A stretch of 64,000 bases of DNA from Gemmata sp. (GCA_025055115.1 JANWYJ010000008.1:44230-108229), one strand, 5' to 3'. Shown: positions 1 to 9,941, counted from the first letter of the stretch. The notes: a model not told the origin generated them from the sequence alone. A program made the numbers and translations.

Positions 1-354
1 GAAGAACGCGGCGTTGAGGCCCTCCACAAACACGAGGTTCTCCTCTGCAAGTCCTTACGCAGTAAGCTGTTAGAGCTACCGGGCATTGAAGTGTTCGGCC
101 ACGCCGACGACACACAGCGCGTCGGCGTTCTCAGTTTCCGCTGCGCCGCGCTGCCAGCGCCAGAGCTGGCCGGTCTCTTGGATCAATCGTTCGATATCGC
201 GGTGCGACCCGGGTTGCATTGTTCTCCGTATATCCACAAAGCCCTTGGGACCGCTCCGGATGGTCTGGTGCGCGTGAGTGTCGGCCCCTTCAACACCGAA
301 GCCGACATCGACCAACTCGTGGCAGCCTTGCAAGAAATCACCCGTGGTCTCTGA
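1..354 (+). CDS. Class V aminotransferase-fold PLP enzyme (cysteine desulfurase-like), C-terminal part; 5' end lies outside the window
   Basis: Frame 1 is open from base 1. The tail RPGLHCSPY...VRVSVGPFNTEADIDQLV resembles C-termini of class V aminotransferases. Confidence 0.7.
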   Translation, partial: EERGVEALHKHEVLLCKSLRSKLLELPGIEVFGHADDTQRVGVLSFRCAALPAPELAGLLDQSFDIAVRPGLHCSPYIHKALGTAPDGLVRVSVGPFNTEADIDQLVAALQEITRGL

Positions 355-632
355 CACCATCGGCACAAAGGTGCTAAACGGGTAGGAACGGTTTGGGGCT
401 TCTTTTCATCTTCACGCTTGCCCTGGGACATCGTGGCCAAGGGCCAACCGGGTCCGACCGGGTCTGGCCACGCTCGGATTTCTCATTTTTTTGAGCCTCA
501 CCCCGACCCGATGTGGCCTGCGCACGAGTGGGACGGGGTCTCGGTGACGACCGGATTTCTCACTAGGAAGTCTGTGCCGCGGCGTTTACTGTAAAGTCAC
601 TCCCAACATCACTGCACCGGTCTGCGGAACTT

Positions 633-2432
633 GTGAGGTATCACTTCATGCTGCACCGCATCCTTGGGTTTGTTGGCGGAGTGGTGGTCGGAGCATTTCT
701 GCTCGGAGACCGCTGCTCCGTATGGGCCGCCGATCCGGATTTCGCCGGCCACTGGCTACTGACCATCTCCGCCCGGCCGGGCGTCGAACAAAACCCCATG
801 ATTCTTCACATCGCGATGAAAGATGGCCAACCGGTAGCCCGGGTAGTAGCCACCCCGACCCCAGGAAGTGCCCTGACAGTCACCGACTGGGTGATCGATG
901 GTTCCACTGTCAGGTTCAACTTCTCCGGGCTGAGGTTTGAAGGCACGCTCCGCCCTGATGGAAACACGATTCGCGGTTCTCTTGGCAACGACACCATCGC
1001 TGTGCGCGCCCGCCTGAGCCGCACCCCCAAAACCGGACTGACCGCGGCCGATGCGGTGGTTCGCGTGGATATTCCGGCCCCCCTGGCGGAAGTGCAAAAA
1101 CGGACCGATGCCCTGACCCGTCTGCGCATGGAAGTTCAACAACAAAAAGATGCCGACAAACGCCAAGAACTGCTCGCCAAGTTGGAAGAAGCGCAAAAAG
1201 AAGCGGACGCGAAAATCCCCGGCTTGCTCCGGGACGTTGTGGCTCAGCAGGCCGATTCGGAGGCCGCCCTCGATGCAGCGCTGGATCTGCTGCGCAATGC
1301 GGCCCGCTATTCACTGACCGCGGCGGAAGCCACGCAATGTCTGGCACTGGTCGAAAAGCAAGCCGCGGCCTATGGCCCCCGGTATCTGCGGCTCCAGTTA
1401 CTCAATAGCCTCGAAGCCCTGGTTGCAGTTCGGGACCTGGCGGCTGTGGCCGAGGCCACCGCGGCCCGGTTGACCCAAGCCCCCGACGCGCCTGCCGAGT
1501 ATCTGGCCCGTATTCTCCAGGTCCGCAAAACGGCCCTGACGACTCTCAACAAACCCGACGCGGTCAAAGCCGTGGTGGCAGAATTGGCCAAACTCGAAGA
1601 GCGGATCGACGCGGAATACCTCAAAAACGTCCCGCCGTTCCGACCGGCGAAATACCCCGGTCGCAAAAACCCCGACGCCAACCGCGTCGCGGTCCTGGAA
1701 CTGTTCACCGGGGCGCAATGCCCACCGTGTGTCGCGGCCGATGTCGCCTTCGATGCTCTGCTCAAAAGCTATTCACCCCGCGAGCTGGTTCTGATCCAAT
1801 ATCACCTGCACATCCCTGGTCCGGACCCGCTGACCAACGCCGATACCGTGGCCCGGGCGAAATACTATGGCATCAAGAGTACGCCCAGCACGCTCTTCAA
1901 CGGTCAACCGCACGCCCGCGGCGGTGGTGGTATGGCCCAAGCTGAGCGGAAGTACAATCAGTACATCGAATTCATCCACCCGATTCTCGAACAGAAAACG
2001 GAAGTTACCATCTCCGCCCAGGCCCGCCGCCGCGGCGACAAAATCGACATCACCGTCGAGGTCGGCGGCATCCGTGGCGACGACATCAAACTGCGCGTTG
2101 TGCTGGTTGAGGAAACGGTCAAGTATGTCGGTGGCAATCAACTCCGCTTCCACCATAACGTTGTTCGCGCGATGCCCTTGGGGGCCGAGGGGGTCGCCAT
2201 CACCGACCAAGACTTCCACAAAAAGCTCACCGTCGATCTCAACGACGTCCGCAAAAATCTGATGCAATATCTCGATGATTACGCCGCCAACGTCCGACCC
2301 TTCCCCAAACCCGATCGCCCCCTGGAGATGAAAGCGCTGCAAGTCATTGCCCTCGTGCAAAACGACGCGACCCAGGAAATTCTGCAAGCGGTTCAAGTGA
2401 ACGTGGAGAATAAAGCCGCCGGCGGGCCATAG
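633..2432 (+). CDS. Secreted or anchored protein with a C-terminal thioredoxin-like domain (CPPC motif)
   Basis: 599-aa ORF with an N-terminal hydrophobic segment and a central Ala/Glu-rich helical region. The motif LFTGAQCPPCVAAD sits in a thioredoxin-like context. Start is GTG at 633, with an alternative ATG at 648. Confidence 0.7.
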   Translation: MRYHFMLHRILGFVGGVVVGAFLLGDRCSVWAADPDFAGHWLLTISARPGVEQNPMILHIAMKDGQPVARVVATPTPGSALTVTDWVIDGSTVRFNFSGLRFEGTLRPDGNTIRGSLGNDTIAVRARLSRTPKTGLTAADAVVRVDIPAPLAEVQKRTDALTRLRMEVQQQKDADKRQELLAKLEEAQKEADAKIPGLLRDVVAQQADSEAALDAALDLLRNAARYSLTAAEATQCLALVEKQAAAYGPRYLRLQLLNSLEALVAVRDLAAVAEATAARLTQAPDAPAEYLARILQVRKTALTTLNKPDAVKAVVAELAKLEERIDAEYLKNVPPFRPAKYPGRKNPDANRVAVLELFTGAQCPPCVAADVAFDALLKSYSPRELVLIQYHLHIPGPDPLTNADTVARAKYYGIKSTPSTLFNGQPHARGGGGMAQAERKYNQYIEFIHPILEQKTEVTISAQARRRGDKIDITVEVGGIRGDDIKLRVVLVEETVKYVGGNQLRFHHNVVRAMPLGAEGVAITDQDFHKKLTVDLNDVRKNLMQYLDDYAANVRPFPKPDRPLEMKALQVIALVQNDATQEILQAVQVNVENKAAGGP

Positions 2433-2824
2433 CTCTCGGGAACGGGGATGGGCGGCGCGAAACCGCCCCGGGGCGTAGCCTTGCGGGTTAGCGTAGCCGG
2501 GGTCAGAGGCTGGAACGCTTCCATCGTAGTGATAAGGGTAATAGACATCAAACTTGCCGATTCGCGGAGTTGGGGTCGGAGGCTGGAAACGAGGTTGAAG
2601 GCTGGAACGAGAACGGCCGGTGGCCAAGTCGCCGCTGGGTTTCTCTGGCCACCGCGGCGGGTGTTAGGCGCAGCCCAACGAAAACTGCACGTTGGGGTGT
2701 GCGGAAGTTATCATTGTGAGCAGCAGAAAATTTCACGTTGGGCCAAACAGAGGCTTTTCTTCATGGGGTCAACCGGGTATCTTCATCATCGCCACATCAT
2801 GCGCCCATCAGGGAGGGACTCGCG

Positions 2825-3172
2825 ATGGCGACGACAATTCTTGTCCAACTCCCCGTCACCGGGGCGGTTGGGACCGATGACGATTTCGATCTGCGCGCCC
2901 ATCTCGAACGCGAACTGAATCTCGCATTATTGACCGAAGAAGCCGGCGAATGCGACCGGGGCGAAATCGATGGCGGTTGGATGCGCATCCGGCTGGTTCA
3001 GATCGTTGATCCCGCCCAAACGCTCGCAATTGTCAAAGATGTTCTGGCCCGTGCGCATCTGCTGCACCGCGCCGTCATTGCCCTCGAAACCTGCCGCGAT
3101 ACTGATACCGACGACGTGGACCGTGAAATCCTCTGGCCTGTGCAGCCGGCCGCGGCTGTGGGGCTGGCTTAA
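2825..3172 (+). CDS. Hypothetical small acidic protein (116 aa)
   Basis: ATG at 2825 is preceded by GGGAGGGA 8 nt upstream. It lies in the same orientation just upstream of the BON/AAA+ pair. No family recognised. Confidence 0.5.
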   Translation: MATTILVQLPVTGAVGTDDDFDLRAHLERELNLALLTEEAGECDRGEIDGGWMRIRLVQIVDPAQTLAIVKDVLARAHLLHRAVIALETCRDTDTDDVDREILWPVQPAAAVGLA

Positions 3173-3276
3173 CCACCCCCTCAAGACCGATCTTGTCTCC
3201 GTGATGTGCCTGCGGGCAATCGGCCGCGTTTTATTGCGCAGGCCCGATTTGTAAGCCATACTTTCTGGAAAAGCCT

Positions 3277-3687
3277 GTGTTGGGTTTTTCCATGCGCCAC
3301 ATCATTGCGGGTCTCATTCTGCTGGCACTTTTTGTGGTGCTGGTGGGTAGCCGGTTTCAAGCCGCCGATGGCGACAAACTGCGGGCGGTTTCCCAACTCG
3401 TGGTGGCCAAGCTGCAGAAGAGTTTGCCGCCGACGCTCAATCTTCGCGCACCTGTTGCGGTTATCTGTCAGGAACTTCCTCAACAGCCGGCTGAGGCTGT
3501 GCGTGCCCGCTTGGCGAGCGATCAACGCTTTGTCGGTATCGTGTTTGCGGTCACGGCGGAAGGCTCCGTCGTCACCCTGCGCGGAATTGTTCCCGACACA
3601 GCGACCCGACATCTTGCGGTGAGCGTCGCTCAGAACACGATCGGCGTGGAACACGTGATTGATGAACTGGCAGTTCCGGCAGAATGA
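3277..3687 (+). CDS. BON domain-containing membrane-anchored protein
   Basis: N-terminal TM/signal segment (IIAGLILLALFVVLVG). The C-terminal segment FVGIVFAVTAEGSVVTLRGIVPDTATRHLAVSVAQNTIGVEHVIDEL is BON-like. Start is GTG 3277 or ATG 3292. Confidence 0.65.
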   Translation: MLGFSMRHIIAGLILLALFVVLVGSRFQAADGDKLRAVSQLVVAKLQKSLPPTLNLRAPVAVICQELPQQPAEAVRARLASDQRFVGIVFAVTAEGSVVTLRGIVPDTATRHLAVSVAQNTIGVEHVIDELAVPAE

Positions 3688-4691
3688 GGGGAACGGTCGT
3701 TCGTTCCCCGCGCGATCTTACCCCTGACTTCAGCTCCAAGAATACCATGACGCCAATGACCGCGGAGAGTGCAGCACCGCCACCGGTCTCCGACCCGACC
3801 GGCTACGAATTGGGGATTCTCGAACGCCGTTTGCTCCCCAGCGACGATTTCCTCGCTCTCTGGGACGCGATTCTCATTGATCCCGTGATCAAAGATCGCC
3901 TCTTGGCCCAAGCGCTACTGAATTTCACGATTCGGCCCACGGTCGATCGTTCGCGCTTGCCCCTGCACGGCCTGATTCTTCTGGTCGGTCCGCCGGGAAC
4001 CGGGAAAACGTCGTTGGCGCGGGGCTTGGCGGCCATGACCGCAGCGCGGATGCCCCACTTGGGGCCGTTTCAGTATCTCGAAGTGGACCCGCATGATGTG
4101 GCCAACGCCGGCTTAGGGCAACGGCAGAAGGCCGTGACGCAGTTATTGGGAGCCACCATCGCCCGCTATGCGCGGCAGCGGCCGACGATTGTTTTGCTCG
4201 ATGAAGTGGAAACGCTGGCTGTGGCCCGGTCCGGGTTGAGTCTGGATGTCAACCCGATCGACATTCACCGCGCAACCGATGCCCTGTTGGCCCAACTGGA
4301 TGTCCTTGCGGCCCATACCCCGCAGTTGCTGTTCGTAGCGACCAGTAACTTTCCGGAAGCGATCGACGAGGCGTTTTTGTCGCGCAGTGATCTGTTGGTC
4401 ACTATCGAGCGTCCGTCGGCGGAAGCATGCCGCACGATTTTCTTCGACACCCTTCAGGCCCTGGCGGATCACTACCCGGCTATTCGCGGGCTGCTCAATA
4501 GCCCGGAGATTGAAAGTGCGGCGGCGATCTGCCGCGATCTCGACGGTCGGCAGATTCGCAAGCTGGTTCTGGCGGCTTGTACCTTGCGGCATGAGACCGC
4601 CTTGGACCCCAACACGGTACAGGCAGCGGATTTTCTCGAAGCTCTGCAACGCGGCAAGGAAGAGCACCGCAACCTCAAGGAGCGGCGTTGA
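3684..4691 (+). CDS. AAA+ ATPase, TRIP13/Pch2-like
   Basis: Walker A LLVGPPGTGKTS and Walker B IVLLDEVE are present. The surrounding layout (WDAILIDPVIKDRLL...GPPGTGKTSLARGLA...DEVETLAVAR...VATSNFPEAIDEAFLSRSD) resembles TRIP13/Pch2 as I recall it. The ATG overlaps the BON stop (ATGA). Confidence 0.8.
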   Translation: MRGTVVRSPRDLTPDFSSKNTMTPMTAESAAPPPVSDPTGYELGILERRLLPSDDFLALWDAILIDPVIKDRLLAQALLNFTIRPTVDRSRLPLHGLILLVGPPGTGKTSLARGLAAMTAARMPHLGPFQYLEVDPHDVANAGLGQRQKAVTQLLGATIARYARQRPTIVLLDEVETLAVARSGLSLDVNPIDIHRATDALLAQLDVLAAHTPQLLFVATSNFPEAIDEAFLSRSDLLVTIERPSAEACRTIFFDTLQALADHYPAIRGLLNSPEIESAAAICRDLDGRQIRKLVLAACTLRHETALDPNTVQAADFLEALQRGKEEHRNLKERR

Positions 4692-4715
4692 GCGAATCCG
4701 CCGCGCTGGGGAATA

Positions 4716-4831
4716 GAGCCTGGGCGGGAGTGCATTGGGGCCACTGCGGCTCGAAGGGGCGTCTTGAGCTTCAGTGGCAGCAATCCCTGGAGCCTGGGCG
4801 GGAGTGCATTGGGGCGACGACGGCTCGGCAA
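4716..4831. repeat. Two copies of a ~41-bp direct repeat, period 74 bp
   Basis: gagcctgggcgggagtgcattgggg... occurs at 4716 and 4790, about 36/41 identical. It lies in the spacer between the AAA+ gene and the groEL stop. Confidence 0.9.
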
Positions 4832-4993
4832 ATCTGTGCCCAATCGTCGGAGGGCAGGTTGCGTCACACCACGGCGGCTGTTCAGACGTAGTTCTGTTTC
4901 GGTTCGTCCTGGATTTTCTCAGGTTGGAAAAAGCTGCAGGGGGTGTTGGCCCCCTGCGTGTGTCCGGCTGCGGCGGTGTGGGCCGCGCGATGG

Positions 4994-6631
4994 TTAGTAG
5001 AGGTCGTCGTAGTTACCGCCGGCGGCGCCTTTCTTTTCTTCCTTCTTTTGCTCCTCGGCGATGAGCGCGTCGGAGGTCAGAAGTAGCGTTGCAACGCTGG
5101 CAGCGTTTTGCAGGGCACTGCGGACGACTTTGGTGGGGTCGATGATTCCGCGTTTCATCAGGTCGGTGTATTCGCCACTGCGGGCATCGTAGCCGAAGTT
5201 CTTGTCGTTGTTGGCTAGCACTTCGTTGATGACCACGTTGCCATCTTCGCCAGCGTTTTCGACGATTTGCTTGATCGGTGCCCGGCAGGCGCGGACGATG
5301 ATGTTGTAACCGATCTGTTCATCGTCGGTGAGGTCGCTGCTGGGTTTGAGGCCTTGGCTGGCCCGCAGCAGGGCGATACCACCACCGGGCAGAATGCCTT
5401 CTTGGTGCGCGGCTTTGGTGGCGTGCATCGCGTCCTCGACGCGCATCTTCTTTTCCTTCACTTCGCTTTCGGTAGCCCCGCCGACATTGATCTTGGCCAC
5501 CCCGCCGGAGAGCTTGGCGATCCGTTCGCTGAGTTTTTCTTTGTCGTAATCGCTGGTGCTCTTTTCCAATTCCTTTTGGATACTGGCAATGCGGGCTTTG
5601 ATGGCGTCTTTCTTACCGCCACCTTCGATGATGGTGGTGTTTTCCTTATCGACCTTGATCTTCTTGGCTTTGCCGAGTTGATCGAGGGTGACGGTTTCGA
5701 GTTTCAGGCCCAAATCTTCGAAGATCGCTTCGCCGCCGGTCAGAATGGCGATGTCTTGCAGCATGGCTTTGCGGCGGTCGCCGTAGCCGGGGGCCTTCAC
5801 CGCGCACACCTTCACCTGGTAGTTCGACTTGATGACGTTGACGACCAACAGGGCCAGGGCTTCGCCATCCACTTCTTCGGCAATGATCAGAAGCGGCTTG
5901 CCTTCGCGAACGACTTTCTCCAGAAGCGGCAGAATGTCGCGGGCTGCGCTGATCTTCTTCTCGTAGACGAGGACGTAGGCATCTTCCAGGATGCATTCCA
6001 TCGTCTCCGGGTTATTGATGAAATATGGCGACAGATAGCCCCGGTCGAACTGCATCCCTTCGACGAATTCGTAGGTGGTTTCGAGGCTTTTGCCTTCTTC
6101 CACCGTGATGACGCCATCTTTGCCGACTTTGTCCATCGCTTCGGCCAGCTTGCGGCCAATGTCAGCATCGCCGTTGGCGGCGACGGTGGCGACGTGTTCC
6201 AAATCTTGCTTGCCTTTGACCGCAATGCTCATTTCCTTGAGCTTGGCGACGATATCTTCAACGGCTTTGTCCATGCCGCGTTTCATCAGCATGGGGTTGG
6301 TACCCGCGACCACCGCTTTCAGCCCTTCGTTGAAGATGGCTTCGGCCAACACAGTGGCGGTGGTGGTGCCGTCGCCCGCGACATCGGAGGTCTTGGAGGC
6401 GACTTCCTTGACCATGGCCGCGCCCATGTTCTCATAATGGTCGGGCAGTTGAATTTCCTTGGCCACGGTAACACCGTCTTTGGTCACTGTCGGGCTGCCG
6501 AACGATTTTTGGATGATGACGTTACGGCCTTTCGGTCCCAGTGTGACCTTGACGGCCTTGGCCAGTTTGCTGATCCCGCGTTTGATGGCATCGCGGGCTT
6601 CTTGGTCGAACGCAATTTGCTTGGCGCTCAT
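4994..6631 (-). CDS. groEL: Chaperonin GroEL (copy 1)
   Basis: 545 aa with classic GroEL sequence ([12 protein letters not shown]..., [23 protein letters not shown]). The tail ...[13 protein letters not shown] lacks the GGM repeat. Confidence 0.97.
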   Translation of the reverse strand: MSAKQIAFDQEARDAIKRGISKLAKAVKVTLGPKGRNVIIQKSFGSPTVTKDGVTVAKEIQLPDHYENMGAAMVKEVASKTSDVAGDGTTTATVLAEAIFNEGLKAVVAGTNPMLMKRGMDKAVEDIVAKLKEMSIAVKGKQDLEHVATVAANGDADIGRKLAEAMDKVGKDGVITVEEGKSLETTYEFVEGMQFDRGYLSPYFINNPETMECILEDAYVLVYEKKISAARDILPLLEKVVREGKPLLIIAEEVDGEALALLVVNVIKSNYQVKVCAVKAPGYGDRRKAMLQDIAILTGGEAIFEDLGLKLETVTLDQLGKAKKIKVDKENTTIIEGGGKKDAIKARIASIQKELEKSTSDYDKEKLSERIAKLSGGVAKINVGGATESEVKEKKMRVEDAMHATKAAHQEGILPGGGIALLRASQGLKPSSDLTDDEQIGYNIIVRACRAPIKQIVENAGEDGNVVINEVLANNDKNFGYDARSGEYTDLMKRGIIDPTKVVRSALQNAASVATLLLTSDALIAEEQKKEEKKGAAGGNYDDLY

Positions 6632-6684
6632 TCCTGATCCTCGTCTGGAGTGATTAGCGGATGGTGTTTTGGGGGATGCGATGA

Positions 6685-6978
6685 TTATTCAATGACGCAC
6701 AATACGTCGCCTTCGTGCATCAGCAGCAGTTCGTCGCCGGTGGCACGGTCTTTGAATTCATCGCCGGCCCATGAGGTGAACAGCACCTTGTCGCCCACCT
6801 TCAGTTGTAAGGGGGTTCGGGTGCCGTCCTTTTGCAGCTTGCCAGGCCCGACGGCCAGGACGGTGCCGCGCTGGGGTTTGTTTTTGGCCGTATCGGGCAG
6901 CAGAATGCCTCCCGCGGTTTTGGCTTCCGCGGCTTCGCGACGAACCACAATCCGGTCGCCGATTGGTTTCAGACCCAT
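6685..6978 (-). CDS. groES: Co-chaperonin GroES (copy 1)
   Basis: [14 protein letters not shown]...[10 protein letters not shown]...GPG is typical GroES. GGAG lies 8 nt upstream of the ATG at 6978. The longer ORF start at 7029 falls inside a promoter motif. Confidence 0.95.
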   Translation of the reverse strand: MGLKPIGDRIVVRREAAEAKTAGGILLPDTAKNKPQRGTVLAVGPGKLQKDGTRTPLQLKVGDKVLFTSWAGDEFKDRATGDELLLMHEGDVLCVIE

Positions 6979-7028
6979 GACAACTCCGTTGGTGCCAAGG
7001 GAACTTCGATACTCGCGGTCTGTTGCCA

Positions 7029-7044
7029 TGCAAGTCGCGTGCCC
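7029..7044 (-). promoter_or_regulatory. Sigma-54 type -24/-12 promoter candidate for groES-groEL copy 1
   Basis: The minus strand reads GGGCACGcgacTTGCA, i.e. GGCACG-N4-TTGCA against the consensus TGGCACG-N4-TTGCW. It sits about 50 nt upstream of the GroES ATG. Confidence 0.6.
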
Positions 7045-7239
7045 GGCTGCGAAAAGTGAATTAAGTTATGACTGAATAAGGACTTGTGGAAATATATCCT
7101 CGGAGCTGCCGAGCGTAATTCTGTCAGGATGACCCGATGGCCGACGGCCACGACTGCCGCTTTGGCAGGGTTCCTTCTTCGTCCGCTGGGTGGCCTCGTT
7201 GGGCCACATCGCGAAATTGTTGAATGCCAACGTAGTGGC

Positions 7240-8010
7240 TTACCGCAAGTTCCGTAAGGCCCGTGTGCAGATGCGTGTGGTGGCCGCGGTGGGGGATTCT
7301 TTCTGCCAGCGTGCGCACAGTTGCCGTACCCAGTGCGGCTGGCTTTTGGCGGCGTCGTTGAGCCAATTGGCCACTGCATCTTGAACGTAGGGGGCTGGGT
7401 CAGACTTCAGTGGTTCGAGAAGGGGTAAGGCCAGTTGCGGGTTGGCTTTCAGGGCTTCGATGTGGGCACACCACACGCCGCGTGGTCGCAGCGATTCCAC
7501 CGCGAAGCGACGCAGAGAGGCTGAGGGTGAAGCCGTCCACGTGGTCAGGAGTTTGACGGCATAGGGCACATTGGCTGCTAGGTGGGGGCGGAGGGCCAGC
7601 CAGGCCCACTCACGCACGGCGAAATGGTGATCGTCGGCCAGGGGGCGAATGAGATGCAACCGGGCTGGCAGCTTCAATTTCGGGGCACGACCGACGACAT
7701 AACACGCCCAGCCGCGGACCGTGTCGGCGGGATGTTCGGCCACTTCGGCGAGCCGGTCGAGGGTGAGATGGCGCAGTAACAGTTCACCAACTGTTTCCAT
7801 ACGCCGGGTGATGCCAGCACCGGCCATTTCCCGCACCAGGGTGATCGCTTCGGGGGGAATATCGGGCACTGCGGCGGCCAGCAGAGTGGCGAAGTCGATG
7901 GCCAGGCTTTCGGCCAGTGTCGCCGTCGACACCGTTCCAGCATTGAGTTGGGCGAGTAACTCGGGCGAAATGTCCGCCCGACGTGTCGCCCCTTTGCGCG
8001 CTTCCGTCAT
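7240..8010 (-). CDS. DNA alkylation repair protein (AlkC/AlkD-like HEAT-repeat family)
   Basis: 256 aa. The patterns HFAVREWAWLALRPHL, LRRFAVESLRPRGVW and YVQDAVANWLNDAAK fit the DNA alkylation repair enzyme family. Confidence 0.7.
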   Translation of the reverse strand: MTEARKGATRRADISPELLAQLNAGTVSTATLAESLAIDFATLLAAAVPDIPPEAITLVREMAGAGITRRMETVGELLLRHLTLDRLAEVAEHPADTVRGWACYVVGRAPKLKLPARLHLIRPLADDHHFAVREWAWLALRPHLAANVPYAVKLLTTWTASPSASLRRFAVESLRPRGVWCAHIEALKANPQLALPLLEPLKSDPAPYVQDAVANWLNDAAKSQPHWVRQLCARWQKESPTAATTRICTRALRNLR

Positions 8011-8154
8011 GACGTTGGTTCCGCTACACCAAGGATTGCCCCCCTAGCCCTGAGGATGCAGTGGGCAACACTCACCGCGGCTGGAGAATGTCGGGCGCGG
8101 ATGCCGTGCCCGTGCGTGATGCACTCGCGGTGCTTCGGTGATGCATATGTGATC

Positions 8155-9333
8155 TCACATCCGTTCGACAATGAGGGCCACCGCGTTGCCACCGCCCAAG
8201 CACAGCGCCGCCAAACCGTAGCGCTTGTTGTGCCGCTTCAGGGCATAAACGAGCGTGACCAACACCCGCGCACCGCTGGCGCCGATGGGGTGGCCGAGGG
8301 CCACCGCGCCGCCGTGGACGTTCACTTGCGCTTCGTCGAGTTGCAGTTCCTGGCAGCAGGCAAGCATTTGCGCGGCGAACGCTTCATTCAGTTCGAACAG
8401 GTCGATGTCGGTAAGAGCGAGTTGGGCCTTTGCGCACGCTGCGCGGATGGCTGGTACGGGAGCCAGGAAGATGTCTTTGGGATGGACTCCGCTCATGGCA
8501 TAGGCCACGATGCGAGCCAGCGGTTGCGCTCCGTGCTGCGCCACGAAACGGCCGGAGGCGACGACGACCGCTGCAGCTCCGTCGGAAAGTTGCGAGGCGT
8601 TGCCGGCGGTCACAGTCCCCTCCGGGCGGAACGCCGGACGCAGCCGGGCCAAGGAATCGGTCGTGGTCTCCGGGCGGATGCCTTCGTCACGTTCCACGGG
8701 TGGCGTTGGCTTTTTCCCGGGTGGGAAGGTGACGGGGACCACTTCGTCCTGGAAGGCACCGTCGGTCCACGCCGCTGCGGCCCGCTGGTGGCTTTGCGCG
8801 GCGAAGCGGTCTTGTTCCGCACGGCTAATGCCGCACTTGGCCGCGATGTAGTCCGCGGAATCGCCCATCGCGCAGTTTTCAAAGGGGCACCACAGCCCGT
8901 CATGAAGGAGAGCATCGACGGTGGTTTGGTTGCCGTATTTGTAGCCGTGGCGCACACCCGGCAGTAAAAACGGAGCACGGCTCATGCTCTCCATGCCCCC
9001 CGCGACGACCACCTGGGCATCGCCTGCGCGAATGCTTTGGGCCGCAAGCATCACGGCTTTCAACCCCGAGCCGCAGACCATGTTGGTGGTGTGAGCCGGG
9101 ATGGTCTCAGGCAGCCCCGCGAAAAGGGCGGCTTGCCGCGCCGGAGCCTGCCCCAAACCGGCTTGCACCACGTTGCCCATAATGACATCGTCAACCTGGT
9201 CGGGCTTCACACCAGCACGCCGGACCGCTTCTGCAATGGCGATCGCCCCCAAACGCGGGGCTGGCAATTCCGACAGGCCACCCAGAAATTTGCCAATCGG
9301 CGTGCGCACGGCCGACAGGAGAAACGCTTCCAT
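8155..9333 (-). CDS. Acetyl-CoA C-acetyltransferase (thiolase II)
   Basis: 392 aa with the active-site region NMVCGSGLKAV and C-terminal HGGAVALGHPIGASGAR and CLGGGNAVA. Confidence 0.93.
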   Translation of the reverse strand: MEAFLLSAVRTPIGKFLGGLSELPAPRLGAIAIAEAVRRAGVKPDQVDDVIMGNVVQAGLGQAPARQAALFAGLPETIPAHTTNMVCGSGLKAVMLAAQSIRAGDAQVVVAGGMESMSRAPFLLPGVRHGYKYGNQTTVDALLHDGLWCPFENCAMGDSADYIAAKCGISRAEQDRFAAQSHQRAAAAWTDGAFQDEVVPVTFPPGKKPTPPVERDEGIRPETTTDSLARLRPAFRPEGTVTAGNASQLSDGAAAVVVASGRFVAQHGAQPLARIVAYAMSGVHPKDIFLAPVPAIRAACAKAQLALTDIDLFELNEAFAAQMLACCQELQLDEAQVNVHGGAVALGHPIGASGARVLVTLVYALKRHNKRYGLAALCLGGGNAVALIVERM

Positions 9334-9648
9334 AACACAACCTACCGTCAGGGGAGAGGAACGCTACATCATCATATACATCGGATGCGGAGAAAATCGC
9401 GATGCACCACGACGTGCGACCGACTCTCGGCGGATTTCGGCGCGACCAGGCTCTGAAGTTCGGCGACTTGGGCACGGCGGGCCGCCCCTTCGCGGCGACA
9501 GCGCGGCGGTCGAGCAAGACTGGGGCGGTCCCCAATCACCGACTATTCCCGATGGTTGGTTGAACTATCGATCCGCGAGCGAGGATTTCCCGTAGGTTCG
9601 CGGGTTGCTCGTTTGTAACAACACGGTATGGGAGGACGCGTATCCTAC

Positions 9649-9765
9649 GGAAACCGTGTTTCCACTCCAATCCCCTTGGGCTGTGCCAATCGTAGATCGT
9701 ATGTGGGCTGTGCCAATCGTAGATCGTATGTGGAAGGATAAGTATCGGGCGGAAGCCGTGTTTCC
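9649..9765. repeat. 27-bp tandem duplication (9678-9704, 9705-9731) flanked by two copies of a short palindrome
   Basis: GGAAACcgtGTTTCC lies at 9649-9663 and GGAAGCcgtGTTTCC at 9751-9765. They bracket gggctgtgccaatcgtagatcgtatgt x2. Confidence 0.9.
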
Positions 9766-9838
9766 ACACCACGACTACTCCTATGGTGGCGCCTACTGAG
9801 TGTCGCCATCACGCCGCCAGCGCCAGTGGTCGCCGATG

Positions 9839-9941
9839 CCTCGCGTTCCGAGTCTTTTGCATTCTGCGACTCACGGATCGAGGTGGGTGGGGGCTGGATT
9901 TCCGGTATCCCTCGCGTTCAGAGTCTTTTGCATTCTGCGAC
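9839..9941. repeat. 32-bp direct repeat, period 71 bp, spanning the hemH stop codon
   Basis: cctcgcgttcAgagtcttttgcattctgcgac (9910-9941) contains the tca stop complement at 9918-9920. The copy at 9839-9870 has tcc at that position. Confidence 0.9.

Noticed and set aside
5267-6637. Long ORFs antisense to real genes. Examples: 5267-6637, 8056-8967, 19929-20900, 21997-23463, 27351-28577, 32662-33681, 37656-38843, 46406-47335, 48621-49556, 53593-55518, 57185-58423 and 61483-62361.
   Set aside because: Each lies opposite a gene with unmistakable family motifs. Their translations are Arg/Gly/Pro-rich and low in complexity, which is the usual artefact of open antisense frames in high-GC DNA.
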